64,000 nt of DNA from Candidatus Kaiserbacteria bacterium (GTDB lineage: Bacteria; Patescibacteriota; Minisyncoccia; Phycocordibacterales; Phycocordibacteraceae), in assembly GCA_026396675.1 (NCBI GenBank), contig JAPLWI010000013.1, positions 1,218 to 65,217 of the forward strand, given 5' to 3'. A program made the position numbers and the translations under genes. Numbering within the stretch: the first letter of the stretch is position 1; the number at the start of each line of letters is the position of its first letter. Positions 9,690 to 20,167 of the stretch are shown in pieces. The notes beneath the pieces were generated by a model. It was not told where the DNA came from, did not search any database, and saw only the letters and a program-made list of their open reading frames with translations.

Positions 9690-10850
9690 TCAAGGCAAAA
9701 ATTGACGCATAAATTTCCCTAAATGCGCACCGATACTCTTCTTCGGAGCGTTTGTGTCGCCAGTTAGACCCCAGAGCGCGAGACCATATGCAACTGCCCA
9801 TGTCGCATCACGAATTTTTGTATCCGAAGAAATGCGAAATTCAGCAAGCCGTGCAGGAAGTTTTAACGAACCCTTCGCAATGTCGCTTATACTTCCAATG
9901 CCAGCACCACCACCAGAAATGATAATACCAGCCGGTAAAGGACCACGACGACCGAGTGATTTTAAATGCTTATCAATAAGCGCGAACATTGCTACAAGAC
10001 GACTTCCGATAAGATCATCGACTTTTTTACGTGGATACATTTGTCCTGAGAGCCGACCAATTTTTACACGTTCCGCTTCTTCAAGCGAGATACGAAGTCC
10101 CAAAGCGATGTCGTCTGTAATATGACTTGAGCCCATCGGGAATACCTTTACGGATACTGGAATGCCCTCATCGTAGACAACGATAGAAATTGTCTCAGCA
10201 CCGATATTAGCTAGCACACAACCCTTCATTTTCTGGTCGCCTTCGAGGAGTACGTATGAGCCAGCGAGTGGGGAAGCCATTTGGTCGATGATTTCAATAT
10301 CTGCATCTTCGACTGCTTTCGCGAGAGCGTCTTCATGTTGCGCTAGGCAAGTTACGAAAAGATAATCAACTTCAAGCCGAACGCCTTTCATGCCGAATGG
10401 ATCACCAAGCACTTTTGCGCCATCAATACGATATTCAAGTGGGATGCTGTGCAGAACGTGTCGATTAAGAAACCCTGGTGCCGCCACTTCGCGAGCCGCC
10501 TTTCCTGCCTTCTCAAGGTCGAGAGATGTTATTTCTTGGTCGGCTCGCGAGATAATCGCCGAGCCAGTTGCGCGCGATTCGTCGAGCGAAATTCCACCAA
10601 CTGCAAGGAATCCAGAACGAATCGGAATGCGCGCCGACGCCTCTGCTTGTCTCTTTGCTTTCACGATGCAAGCAGAAACCTCTTCTTTATTTACGATGTA
10701 ACCGTGCCGTAGGCCTTTTGATTCGGCGAGGCCAGTACCAAGAATCCGCAATTGACGCAGACCACTGCGTTTGTCCGAGATTTCTTCGACGGTGACTATC
10801 TTTATCTGATAGGTACCGATATCAATGCCGGTCGCTACGCGTCGTGACAT
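9690..10850 (-). CDS. ftsA: Cell division protein FtsA
   Basis: Actin-fold motifs (GIDIGTYQIKIV, ISGGGAGIGSISD). Confidence 0.9.
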   Translation of the reverse strand: MSRRVATGIDIGTYQIKIVTVEEISDKRSGLRQLRILGTGLAESKGLRHGYIVNKEEVSACIVKAKRQAEASARIPIRSGFLAVGGISLDESRATGSAIISRADQEITSLDLEKAGKAAREVAAPGFLNRHVLHSIPLEYRIDGAKVLGDPFGMKGVRLEVDYLFVTCLAQHEDALAKAVEDADIEIIDQMASPLAGSYVLLEGDQKMKGCVLANIGAETISIVVYDEGIPVSVKVFPMGSSHITDDIALGLRISLEEAERVKIGRLSGQMYPRKKVDDLIGSRLVAMFALIDKHLKSLGRRGPLPAGIIISGGGAGIGSISDIAKGSLKLPARLAEFRISSDTKIRDATWAVAYGLALWGLTGDTNAPKKSIGAHLGKFMRQFLP

Positions 10851-11253
10851 ATGTCGCTAGGAGCTTTCGTTCGCATCTCTCCATCGTAGCACCATGCGCC
10901 CATCCTTTTATATGCAGCGCACCGTGGATAAACAGGAGCAGTATGTAGTCGGTAGTCGATAGTCGGTAACTTGAAGCTTGCCGCACTGCGGCAGTCGGGC
11001 AGATGAAAATCTCACCACTTTTCTTGCCAACGATATATGAAAGGACTTGTGGCGTGTAGTCCTTGTTTCGTAATTGTTTATTCAATTCGCGCGCTTTCGC
11101 TTGACTGATGAAAACAAGAGAGATGTCCCAATCAGGTAATACTTCATTTGCAATCGCAGAAAATACGGCACGCGATCCTACAGAAGCCCGCGTAAGATTT
11201 CTAATGGCAACGCCAGCCACTCGTTTAATGTTTCTTACCTTTGCCACGTGCAT
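10822..11253 (-). CDS. ybeY: Endoribonuclease YbeY
   Basis: HGALHIKGWAH zinc-binding H3xH5xH motif. Exact start uncertain; it overlaps the ftsA start. Confidence 0.7.
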   Translation of the reverse strand: MHVAKVRNIKRVAGVAIRNLTRASVGSRAVFSAIANEVLPDWDISLVFISQAKARELNKQLRNKDYTPQVLSYIVGKKSGEIFICPTAAVRQASSYRLSTTDYILLLFIHGALHIKGWAHGATMERCERKLLATYVTTRSDRH

Positions 11254-11500
11254 TCTTCCTTGCGGCCGGATCTATTTTGCCGAGTTTGACGAGTTCGTTG
11301 TAATTCTCGCGGCGGACCTTATTGATAAGGGCGCGTTTATGACCGACATTCTTTGACTTAGTACGATGCCAATAGCGGCGATCGCGCATCTCGCGCACGA
11401 GACCGAGCCCCTGCGTGCGGCGGGTAAAGCGGCGAATAAGCGCGGTTGAACTCTCGTTCTTTCCGCGTAGGACTTCAACTCGTGTTCCAACAGCTGCCAT
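11225..11500 (-). CDS. rpsU: 30S ribosomal protein S21
   Basis: VEVLRGKNESSTALIRRFTRRTQ...HKRALINKVRRE. Confidence 0.8.
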   Translation of the reverse strand: MAAVGTRVEVLRGKNESSTALIRRFTRRTQGLGLVREMRDRRYWHRTKSKNVGHKRALINKVRRENYNELVKLGKIDPAARKNARGKGKKH

Positions 11501-11536
11501 GATGAAAGGACTCTAGCATATCGAGGCTATTATTGT

Positions 11537-12682
11537 CTATGCGAATGATTTCAGGCGCTCGATGATGCCGACGAGGGGTAGGACGGTTTCTTCTTGCGTG
11601 GCGCGATTGCGGAGAATGGCGGAATTCTCGAGCGCCTCTTTACGCCCCATAATTAGAAGATAAGGACTGTTCTGTCGTTCGGCAAGGTAAAGCTGTTCAG
11701 TGAGCGATTCAATGCCTATATGTTGTGTGAGTGGAACATGTGCCTTTCGGAATTCTTCAGCGAGGCGAATTGAAAGCCGTTTCGCTTCATCGCCGATATG
11801 TACGAAAGAGAACCGAAGTCGCGGAACGGATATTTTTTTAATTATTTTTCCTTCGCTCGCTATCTGAAACACCGCACCAATTGCTGGGAATGATGCCGAA
11901 GGGAAGAAATGGCGCGTAAGATCGGTATAGCGCGAACCCCAAGCAACGCGACGACCGCCAACATTAATCTCGAAACAAATATCGCTCCAGATATTGCCGC
12001 GACTGATAAGATGGCGCGCGAGCTCGTATGGAGTTTCTGTCATCTCCAGATACTCGAGAAGATCTTCAAAGCGTTTTCTACTCGCATCCGATAGATGTTC
12101 AGTTGGAGAAGGTAAGTCGTTTGTATATCCAAGTGCAATAGCGCTTTCGGCGGCTCGAAACACATCGTCTTTTGCAAGAATAGCGCATTCTTCTGGAAGT
12201 ACAGTCGCGCGCTTTTTGAAAAAGATGCCGAGCTCGCGCGCGTAGCGCGCGCGGGTCTCTTTATCACCCATTGAATTAATGCGCACGGACGGTTCTTCGT
12301 GGAAAAGATCGCGAGAGAGCGCAGTCAGTGCTCGTATGACAACTGCGTCTGCAATCGCACGATCAGTTCCGAGCGCGTGGAATTGCAGAATCGCTTTTTT
12401 CTGTGCCGGACGACCTGGAGTAACATTCGTATGCCAAATAAAAAGCGGCCGGCGCGTAGATGGTAAGCACTCGATGTTCTGACATTGTTTTAAAAAGCTT
12501 ATGACCGTCTCAGCGACAGGATCTTCTTCTGGATTTGGAAACGTACTTTGAGTATTGGTCTTTGCATGCGCCGCTCCGCGCTTCTTAGCGGTAAATAGTG
12601 AGAGCGGAGTAAATCCATAGTACTGACCAATCGCATGTGCTTTGTGAAGAAATTCTTCTCCCGGAATACAATCACGCATCAT
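11537..12682 (-). CDS. hisS: Histidyl-tRNA synthetase (or HisZ-like paralog)
   Basis: N-terminal RD..PGEE motif, GGRRVAWGSRYTDL (GGRYD-like motif 3), C-terminal class II anticodon-binding-like domain. Confidence 0.6.
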   Translation of the reverse strand: MMRDCIPGEEFLHKAHAIGQYYGFTPLSLFTAKKRGAAHAKTNTQSTFPNPEEDPVAETVISFLKQCQNIECLPSTRRPLFIWHTNVTPGRPAQKKAILQFHALGTDRAIADAVVIRALTALSRDLFHEEPSVRINSMGDKETRARYARELGIFFKKRATVLPEECAILAKDDVFRAAESAIALGYTNDLPSPTEHLSDASRKRFEDLLEYLEMTETPYELARHLISRGNIWSDICFEINVGGRRVAWGSRYTDLTRHFFPSASFPAIGAVFQIASEGKIIKKISVPRLRFSFVHIGDEAKRLSIRLAEEFRKAHVPLTQHIGIESLTEQLYLAERQNSPYLLIMGRKEALENSAILRNRATQEETVLPLVGIIERLKSFA

Positions 12683-13275
12683 AGTGTTTTAGATTGTGTC
12701 GATGAAGAAATAAGAAGCGGATATGTCGTCGCACCTGGGAAGAAACCGCTTTTCTTTATAGGAAGGAGCCGCAGATCAACGCGACCGACGATATTCTTTC
12801 TCGGTAATGGCCCCCAAACGCGACTATCAGAACTGTTGGGGCGGTTATCACCCATAACGAAGTATCCTTCTGAATTAAGAGAGACATCTTTTGTATAAGT
12901 TGCATCTTCACTCACCATGTACGGTTCCTCGAGAGTTATATTTTGTCCATCAACGGTAGTAATGGTAACAACTCCACGATTGATGGAGACCGTTTCACCG
13001 GGAAGACCGATAATTCGCTTGATAAAGAAAAGAGAAGGATTGTCAGGGTAGCGGAAGACAATAACATCACCTCGTGCAGGCGTCTTGAAATAATAAAGAA
13101 GCTCATCAACGATGAGATAATTGAGATTTTCGAACGTCGGATGCATCGATTCGCCATCAACAATAAACGGCGAAATCACGAACATACGAATCGGAATGAC
13201 CACGACAACAATAAGTAACGCGAGCGTGAAAAGATCCTTCAATAAACCCTTCCAAGTATCTTTCATCTCGTGCAT
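12679..13275 (-). CDS. lepB: Signal peptidase I
   Basis: DGESMHPTF (Ser box), VFRYP..., GDNRPNSSDSRVWGP. Start taken at the internal Met (MHEMKD). Confidence 0.8.
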   Translation of the reverse strand: MHEMKDTWKGLLKDLFTLALLIVVVVIPIRMFVISPFIVDGESMHPTFENLNYLIVDELLYYFKTPARGDVIVFRYPDNPSLFFIKRIIGLPGETVSINRGVVTITTVDGQNITLEEPYMVSEDATYTKDVSLNSEGYFVMGDNRPNSSDSRVWGPLPRKNIVGRVDLRLLPIKKSGFFPGATTYPLLISSSTQSKTL

Positions 13276-13322
13276 TGTACTCGCGCGTTCGCACTGTGCA
13301 AGTTTTCTGCTACCATAAGCAC

Positions 13323-13919
13323 ATGGCACTCGTTATTGTTGGTCTCGGGAATCCGGGGAAGGAGTACGAAAAAACGCGGCACAATGCCGGCAGAAATGCC
13401 GTGATGGTTGTTGCTAAGAATGAAGGATTTGATGAGTTTGTTTTCAATGCAAAAAGTAAAGCGCTCATTACAAAAGGCAACATCGGCAAAGAGAGCGCAG
13501 TTCTCGTCCTGCCAGAAACGATGATGAACAATTCCGGCAAAGCTGTCAGCGCGTTCGTAAAATCACCAAAAGCGGCAAAAAATCTTCTCATTATTCACGA
13601 CGACATCGACCTGCCACTTGGGACGATAAAAATGGTATTTGGCCGCGGAAGCGGTGGGCACAAAGGCGTTGAGAGCATTATGCGCGCTATTAAAACAGAA
13701 AAATTTGCACGCATTCGCATCGGTGTTTCTGCTGTTGGTAAAAAGAATCAAGCGAAAAAGGTTTCTGGAGAAGAAAAAGTCATTAAGTATGTAATAGGGA
13801 AGTGGAAGCCCAGTGAAGAAACTGCCTTCAAGAAGGTTTTGAAAAAAGTCGCCGAATCCGCGCGCCTTTACGCAACCGAAGGCATCGCTCCTGCCACCCA
13901 ATTCGCCAATACTCGTTAG
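13323..13919 (+). CDS. pth: Peptidyl-tRNA hydrolase
   Basis: MALVIVGLGNPGKEYEKTRHNAG... Start at the internal Met of ORF 13275. Confidence 0.85.
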   Translation: MALVIVGLGNPGKEYEKTRHNAGRNAVMVVAKNEGFDEFVFNAKSKALITKGNIGKESAVLVLPETMMNNSGKAVSAFVKSPKAAKNLLIIHDDIDLPLGTIKMVFGRGSGGHKGVESIMRAIKTEKFARIRIGVSAVGKKNQAKKVSGEEKVIKYVIGKWKPSEETAFKKVLKKVAESARLYATEGIAPATQFANTR

Positions 13920-13923
13920 AAAT

Positions 13924-13954
13924 AAAAACACTTCCATATATGGAAGTGTTTTTA
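13924..13954. terminator. Bidirectional terminator between pth and rpsA
   Basis: Perfect palindrome AAAAACACTTCCATATATGGAAGTGTTTTT. Confidence 0.7.
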
Positions 13955-13978
13955 CTACTGACTTACGATGTCCAGAAT

Positions 13979-15052
13979 TTATTTCTTCTTTCCAGCGTAG
14001 GTGAGTGTCATTCGCTGTTCCTTCGGCTCAAAGAGGGAAATGGTGAAAGGATAGGTTTTGCCGAGTTCCAATGTCTCGCGGAGCGCAGCCGGTGACTCAA
14101 ATTCGCTTACATGCACGAGTCCGGCAACGCCTTCTTCTATCGAGGCAAGCGCGCCATGCTTGTTGTATTTAATAACAACTCCCGGCACCTCCATTCCTTT
14201 CTTGTACCGTTCGACAGCCGCGTGCCAAGGGTTTTCCTTTAATGCCTTAATTGAAAGAGAAATCTTACCCTCTTTTATTTCAATAATTTTTACCTTAACT
14301 CGATCGCCGACAGTGAAGAGCGTGTGAGGATCTTCAACAAGACCCCAATCAAGTTCGCTGATGTGTGCAAGGCCTTCGAGTCCTTGTTCAAGCTTCACGA
14401 ATACACCGAAGTCAACGATGCCAGTTACCTCGCCTTCTGCAGTATCGCCAACTTGGTATTTATCAATAAGAGATGCCTTTTCTTCCGCTTCATTTCCAGT
14501 GCGTTCTGAGAAAATAAGTTTTCCTTCTTTCGCATCAGCGGTGATGATATGCACCGACAGGGGATGACCGACAAAGGCCATCAGTTCACTGAGAATCTTA
14601 TCTTTATCTCCTTCCGGTACGCGCGGATAATGTTCTTTTGAAAGTTGTGACGCTGGAAGAAATCCAGGAATGCCCTGCCACGAGAGAATAAGCCCACCTT
14701 TATTCGCTTCTTCTACTGTGAGAGTGTATGGCGTTTCCGCAATGATGGCGGTCTCTGCTTCGCCCCAAATTGCTGCTTGGCGCGCTTCCTTCAGCGACAG
14801 TTCGATATAACCATCACGACCTGCTGGATCAATAACTTTTGCACTGATGATGTCGCCAGGATTCGCTTTTCGCAGAACATCGGCGGCATTCAGATATTCA
14901 CGACCATAGATAACGCCGGTGCCGAATGGCGGCAGATCAACATATACGCGGCCGCGGTTAATTGCGATGATCGTACCCTCGACCAAATCGCCCGCCACAG
15001 GCGGCATCGGGATAGTATCAAGCAAAGACAGCATCACATTTTCTTCAGACAT
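13979..15052 (-). CDS. rpsA: Ribosomal protein S1-like (four S1 domains)
   Basis: Repeated S1 OB-fold modules (GD.V.G.V..I...G.FV.L). Confidence 0.8.
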   Translation of the reverse strand: MSEENVMLSLLDTIPMPPVAGDLVEGTIIAINRGRVYVDLPPFGTGVIYGREYLNAADVLRKANPGDIISAKVIDPAGRDGYIELSLKEARQAAIWGEAETAIIAETPYTLTVEEANKGGLILSWQGIPGFLPASQLSKEHYPRVPEGDKDKILSELMAFVGHPLSVHIITADAKEGKLIFSERTGNEAEEKASLIDKYQVGDTAEGEVTGIVDFGVFVKLEQGLEGLAHISELDWGLVEDPHTLFTVGDRVKVKIIEIKEGKISLSIKALKENPWHAAVERYKKGMEVPGVVIKYNKHGALASIEEGVAGLVHVSEFESPAALRETLELGKTYPFTISLFEPKEQRMTLTYAGKKK

Positions 15053-15169
15053 ATATATAAAGCTGCACAGGATTTTTTGGACCAGTACTCGAACCTTTCG
15101 GCTCGAGGGTTAGCTGACCCATACTTCTCCTGCACACAACGGGTGGACTATAGCACAATGCTTGGAAAA

Positions 15170-15205
15170 TAAAAAGGGCCCGCCATGCGCATGGCGGGCC
15201 CTCCC
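15170..15205 (-). terminator. Rho-independent terminator downstream of the IS200-like tnpA (minus strand)
   Basis: GGGCCCGCCATGCGCATGGCGGGCCC hairpin followed on the minus strand by TTTTTATTTT. Confidence 0.6.
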
Positions 15206-15357
15206 TGTACGGCTGGATGCTTCGAACCGAATGTTTGTGCTACTCGCCAGGGCTCAGGTTCCGAATACCTGTCCTAGCGAGAGCCAAAAACGATTCATCT
15301 TGATCATAATCAGCCCTCCTTCCATTCAAGAATATACCAAAAACCTTTCTGATTTGC

Positions 15358-16130
15358 AATAACTAGTGAAGTCAGACTTCGCTAGTCATACGATTCGAGC
15401 AGGAGATGAGAATATTTATCGTCGTGATGTTGCAGGTGAAGCATTAGCATTTCGCGCGCCTCTTTCTTGAATGTTTTTCTGTCAGGATAAAGTTCCAAGA
15501 GAAATTCTTTCTCAATAATCGGAGAATCTATGCCTAATGCATATGTAGAGATACTTGAATGGGAGTAGCGGAGTGCCCACTTCCACGCTTTTTCAAAATC
15601 ATTAACCGTTTTCCCTAATCCTCCAGGATACATATCAAAAACATTTTTCACTTGAATATAAAAAGCAAGATAACGCAGATACGAATCATCATCTACGGTT
15701 TTGCTTTTGTAGGAACCTTGAAAAATACTTCCGGTCTCTGAATATTTTGCATTAAATGCCGCCGACATACTGCCACACAGCCGTTGCATAAATTTCGCAG
15801 TGCCATTTTCTCGTGTTTCTTCAAGCAGTAGATGAAAATGATTTGGCAAAAGCGTCCACGCAAGTATGTGAACCAATGGCTCTCGTTCAGGCCAGTGTTC
15901 AGGTCGTTCAAATGGCTTACAAAATTTTAGGTTCTCAATCCAATTTGGATCTGAAAACGAATCATTTAGATAGAAAAGTGATATATTGAATCGTTGTCGA
16001 TCGTACTCATCTCTCACAATATCCATGCCGCGGGTTCCTCGTTTTATTACATGAAGCACAGAACCTACACCATGTGGTTCGACGCGCATATATCCACATT
16101 CTAACACTAGCGAAGTCTGACTTCGCTTAT
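15358..16130 (-). mobile_element. IS200/IS605-family (Y1 HUH, RAYT-like) element: transposase flanked by near-identical palindromic hairpins
   Basis: Hairpins ACTAGTGAAGTCAGACTTCGCTAGT (15363-15385) and ACTAGCGAAGTCTGACTTCGCT (16106-16127) bracket the tnpA CDS. Confidence 0.7.
15382..16089 (-). CDS. tnpA: IS200-like tyrosine (Y1) transposase
   Basis: N-terminal HV.KRG block, HuH motif NHFHLLL, C-terminal GSIFQGSYKSK...YLRYLAFYIQVKNV. Confidence 0.75.
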   Translation of the reverse strand: MRVEPHGVGSVLHVIKRGTRGMDIVRDEYDRQRFNISLFYLNDSFSDPNWIENLKFCKPFERPEHWPEREPLVHILAWTLLPNHFHLLLEETRENGTAKFMQRLCGSMSAAFNAKYSETGSIFQGSYKSKTVDDDSYLRYLAFYIQVKNVFDMYPGGLGKTVNDFEKAWKWALRYSHSSISTYALGIDSPIIEKEFLLELYPDRKTFKKEAREMLMLHLQHHDDKYSHLLLESYD

Positions 16131-16197
16131 CAATAAAAAGATGAAGCGCTCGCCGAGACGAGCGCTTGCCCTTGGTGTTCTGATTTCTGTCTGCGAT

Positions 16198-16317
16198 TTA
16201 ACTTTTTCTGACTTCCTCGGACTCTCTGCCGATGGTGTCATAGTTCTTCACATTCGTGGCCCAGTTGTGAATGGGAGAACTTGCCGTTGCCTCTTCCTGA
16301 AAATAAAACCTTTTCAT
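16198..16317 (-). CDS. Possible 39-aa small protein
   Basis: AGGAGG Shine-Dalgarno 8 nt upstream of the ATG. Followed on the minus strand by hairpin AAGCGCTCG..CGAGCGCTT plus a T-run. Confidence 0.3.
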   Translation of the reverse strand: MKRFYFQEEATASSPIHNWATNVKNYDTIGRESEEVRKS

Positions 16318-16503
16318 AGAAATTCCTATCCTCCTTTTAATTAGCAACAAGACACTAAAGAACGTGTCCATTTATAAGCGTACCAAAATCAATTTTATTC
16401 GCAATGAGCTGGCACGGCTTTTGTTGATAACAAGCTAGTTCTATTTTGCCTCACGATTCGCTATCATTATTGCGCGTTTTATGATAAAATAAAGACATAA
16501 TCT

Positions 16504-17056
16504 ATGGTTATTACTCACCACGGCGGACAGTGTTTTAAGGTCACTTTTGGCGATCTGACACTTGTTTTTGACCCAATAGCCAAAGGAGCGAGTATACCGC
16601 CAGTGCGTTTTGGAGCAGACATCGCGCTCGTCTCGCGCGATCATCCAGATATGAACGGCATTGAGGAAGTGTCGTACGGCGATAAAAAGCCGTTCGCCAT
16701 TACCGGTCCCGGCGAATACGAACGGCAGGGAGTTGTCATTCAAGGATTCCTTTCAGAGTCGAAATATCCTACTTCGCACAAGGCTACGCAGGACGACAAT
16801 TCCTACATAAACACGATTTATTCAGTAGAGTTAGAGGACATGACTCTTGTACACATTGGACGAACTCGCAGTATCACTTGAGCCGAAAATTATCATTCCG
16901 ATGCATTGGAGTTCGCAAGCTGACGGAGATAAATCAAAAGCGCTTGAAGCATTTCTCAAAGAAGCAGGAAATGGGAGCGAAAAAGTTGATAAATTTACGC
17001 TTAAGAAAAAAGACCTTATTGGTCGCGACGGGAGTATACTGGTCATAACGCAATAA
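16504..17056 (+). pseudogene. MBL-fold metal-dependent hydrolase split by a +1 frameshift near 16860 (or a sequencing error)
   Basis: ORFs 16504-16881 and 16847-17056 are the N- and C-halves of one beta-lactamase-fold protein (HHGGQC..SRDHPD.. / ..IIIPMHW..) in adjacent frames. Confidence 0.55.
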
Positions 17057-17143
17057 TTCGTATGAATCCCGTTAGAAATCTCGTATATAATGGTCTAATA
17101 CAGACGATGGCGAAAGTCGCTGTTAACTCTAATTTCTAACGGG

Positions 17144-17494
17144 ATGAAAACACTTTTTGAACACATTGAATACGCTAAGGGCAAACCGCATCACATTCGC
17201 AAGCGAATCGCTTTTACTGCAGCAGCGACCGGCGCTGGGCTCGTCGCGCTCGTATGGCTTTTCGGTTCTCTTTCGTCAGGCGTTTTTGCTCTAAAAGGAA
17301 ATTCTTTTGCCGAGAATGCAAGTGGTGTAAACGAGTCCGGGTCTATAGTCGACACAAATTCTAATTCGGAAGGTATCGCTGGTGTCGCCGCGGTCCTTTC
17401 GTCTGACCAGACACCGGCTCATATTGAAATTGTTGACACATCAATTTTGACCTCCTCGGGTAAGCAGGCCGAAGAGAAAATAATTCCGTTTTAA
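17144..17494 (+). CDS. Hypothetical membrane-anchored protein
   Basis: ORF with one N-terminal TM segment, immediately upstream of gyrA. Confidence 0.45.
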   Translation: MKTLFEHIEYAKGKPHHIRKRIAFTAAATGAGLVALVWLFGSLSSGVFALKGNSFAENASGVNESGSIVDTNSNSEGIAGVAAVLSSDQTPAHIEIVDTSILTSSGKQAEEKIIPF

Positions 17495-17495
17495 A

Positions 17496-19961
17496 ATGTC
17501 CCCGAAAGATAAAAGTCACGAGGTGCCTGCTGTAATGGTGAATGTCATCAATCAGCCGATTGTTGCCGAGATGCGGACCTCGTATCTCGATTATGCGATG
17601 TCGGTCATTACATCTCGTGCTCTACCGGATGTGCGTGACGGATTGAAACCAGTGCATCGCCGCATTCTCTATGCAATGAAGGATATGGGCCTTATGCCTG
17701 GCGGAAAGTTCCGGAAGAGCGCGACCGTGGTCGGCGAAGTACTTGGTAAATATCACCCGCATGGCGACGTTGCGGTCTACGACTCCATGGCGAAGATGGC
17801 ACAGGAATTCTCCTATCGCTATCCGCTCGTACTCGGACAGGGCAACTTCGGTTCAATTGACGGCGATTCGCCGGCGGCGATGCGCTATACCGAAGCGAAA
17901 ATGTCGCGCATCGGAGAAGCATTGCTCGCAGACCTCGAGAAAGAGACCGTTGCATGGAATCCGAACTACGATGCGACACGTAACGAGCCAAATGTGCTCC
18001 CTTCGGCTTTGCCGAATTTGCTTTTGAACGGCACACTCGGAATCGCGGTCGGTATGGCGACCAATATTCCACCGCACAATCTCCGAGAGGTTGTCGCTGC
18101 GGCAATTTATTTTATTGAAAATCCAGATGCAACGACTGACGATCTTCTACAATTCGTGAAAGGTCCAGATTTTCCACTCGGCGGTGTCGCTTTTAATCAG
18201 ATGGACATCAAACACGCATACAGTTCTGGGAAAGGACCGGTAGTGGTGCGCGGCGAAGCAGAAATAGTTGATGATGGGAAGAAAGATACTTCTATCATTA
18301 TTTCTTCAATTCCGTATCGCGTGAATAAAAGCGAACTTATCTCGCGAATTGCCGATTTAGTGCAGGAGAAAAAACTCGAAGGCATTCGCGATCTACGCGA
18401 TGAATCAACATCAGACATCCGTATTGTTGTTGAGCTAAAGGGCACAGCGCATCCACAGGCGGTCTTGAACGCGTTATACAAGCACACCGAACTAGAAAGC
18501 ACTTTCCACTACAACATGCTCGCGCTCGTCGACGGCGTGCCAGAAATGCTTTCTCTCTCCGGAATGATTGAGCACTTCGTACAGCATCGGCAGGAAGTTA
18601 TAAAGCGACGTACCGAATTCGATTTGCGTAAGGCAGAAGAGCGAGAACATATTCTCTTTGGACTTTGTAAAGCGCTTGATCATATTGACGAAGTCATCGC
18701 GACTATTAAAAAAGCAGCGGATATTCCTGCAGCATCGCTCGCTCTCCAGAAAAAGTTCGGTTTTTCCGAGCGACAGGCCGCTGCAATTCTCGAAATGCGT
18801 CTCTCTAAGCTCGCCGGTCTCGAGCGTAAAAAACTTGAAGACGAACTAGCCGAAGTGCAGACGCTCATAAAAAAATTGAAAGAAATTCTTTCTTCGTCAA
18901 AAAAGATTCTCGCGGTGGTAAAAACAGAACTTGAAGAGCTCTCAGAAAAATATGGAGATGATCGTCGCACGAAAATAATCAAAGGCGGCGTACAAAATAT
19001 TTCAGCCGAAGATCTCGTGCCGGATGAAGAGTCAATGCTCGTGTTAACTCAAGGTGGTTATGTGAAACGGACAAATCCGAGCGAATATAAAAAACAGAAA
19101 CGCGGCGGTGTCGGTGTCGTAGATATCGCGACGAAAGAAGAAGATATCGTGACGCATTTCCTCGTCGCAAATGCGCACAGTGATCTTTTATTCTTTACCG
19201 ATTTCGGCAAGGTCTATCAGCTCAAGATGTACGAGATCCCAGAAGGAAAACGCGCGACAAAAGGGAAAAGCATTATGAATTTCCTCGCGCTCGCCGGCGA
19301 TGAGAAAGTAACTTCCATTCTGCCGGTGCCGAAGGGTGCGGCACTTGATGCGTCATCTGTCGTATTCGTGACCGAAGAGGGCGTTGTAAAGCGCGTAGCT
19401 GCGAAGTCGTTCTCGGATGTACGTCGCTCTGGAATTATCGCGATTAATTTGAAGAAGGGCGATCGTCTCGTTTCGGCGAATCATGCGGCAGATGGCGACA
19501 CCGTCTCTATCGTGACTGCAAAAGGGCAGAGTATTCGTTTTGAAGCCGAAGATGTTCGCGAAATGGGGCGCACGGCTGGTGGTGTGCGCGGAATGAGCGT
19601 GAAGAAAGGTGACAAAGTGGTCTCAGCCGAAGTAATTTCCGTTGCAGCCAAGGAGGCGTCACTTCTCGTGATCATGAGTAAGGGCTACGGTAAACGTACG
19701 AAGATGTCTGAATATAAAGTGCAGGGTCGAGGCGGTTCGGGAATCAAGACCGCGGCGGTAACACCGAAGACGGGCGAAATTATCGGTGCAAAAATTGTCG
19801 TAGGTGATTTGAAAGAAGAAGAACTCGTCGTCATTTCTAAAAAAGGGCAGGTGATTCGCACCTCTGTCGCTGAAATCCCTTCACTTTCTCGCGCGACGCA
19901 AGGCGTCCGCGTGATGCGCCTCTACCCGGGCGACTCTATTGCATCAATGGTCGCGTTGTGA
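17496..19961 (+). CDS. gyrA: DNA gyrase subunit A
   Basis: [11 protein letters not shown] active-site Tyr region, QRD loop, C-terminal beta-pinwheel repeats. Confidence 0.95.
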   Translation: MSPKDKSHEVPAVMVNVINQPIVAEMRTSYLDYAMSVITSRALPDVRDGLKPVHRRILYAMKDMGLMPGGKFRKSATVVGEVLGKYHPHGDVAVYDSMAKMAQEFSYRYPLVLGQGNFGSIDGDSPAAMRYTEAKMSRIGEALLADLEKETVAWNPNYDATRNEPNVLPSALPNLLLNGTLGIAVGMATNIPPHNLREVVAAAIYFIENPDATTDDLLQFVKGPDFPLGGVAFNQMDIKHAYSSGKGPVVVRGEAEIVDDGKKDTSIIISSIPYRVNKSELISRIADLVQEKKLEGIRDLRDESTSDIRIVVELKGTAHPQAVLNALYKHTELESTFHYNMLALVDGVPEMLSLSGMIEHFVQHRQEVIKRRTEFDLRKAEEREHILFGLCKALDHIDEVIATIKKAADIPAASLALQKKFGFSERQAAAILEMRLSKLAGLERKKLEDELAEVQTLIKKLKEILSSSKKILAVVKTELEELSEKYGDDRRTKIIKGGVQNISAEDLVPDEESMLVLTQGGYVKRTNPSEYKKQKRGGVGVVDIATKEEDIVTHFLVANAHSDLLFFTDFGKVYQLKMYEIPEGKRATKGKSIMNFLALAGDEKVTSILPVPKGAALDASSVVFVTEEGVVKRVAAKSFSDVRRSGIIAINLKKGDRLVSANHAADGDTVSIVTAKGQSIRFEAEDVREMGRTAGGVRGMSVKKGDKVVSAEVISVAAKEASLLVIMSKGYGKRTKMSEYKVQGRGGSGIKTAAVTPKTGEIIGAKIVVGDLKEEELVVISKKGQVIRTSVAEIPSLSRATQGVRVMRLYPGDSIASMVAL

Positions 19962-20167
19962 TAGTTTCTTGTCAGAGTAATGATCTGCAACCAAACCCTG
20001 CCTTTTCTTCCCGGGGAGGAATCGTAGGGGTAACGCGAGAACGTTGTCGGTGGGGTATACTGCCAGAGTACCCTTAAACACCAAAACGACATACGTTCCC
20101 GCGTTTTCTATTTTAGTACTTGTTGATTGCGCGGCCCGCTGCGGGCCGCGCATGGTATTTTATAGGT

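Noticed and set aside
15075-15160. Possible minus-strand tRNA, tmRNA or SRP RNA fragment (GGTTCGAGTACTGGTCCA)
   Set aside because: No acceptor or anticodon arms can be built, and there is no SRP domain IV consensus (AGCAGC / AGG loops). It is better explained as an rpsA leader structure.
19962-20167. Possible small ncRNA in the 200-nt gyrA-methyltransferase spacer
   Set aside because: Only isolated hairpins were found (GGGTATACTGCCAGAGTACCC; GCGCGGCCCG-CTG-CGGGCCGCGC). It matches no known RNA class and is most simply a terminator plus a 5' leader.
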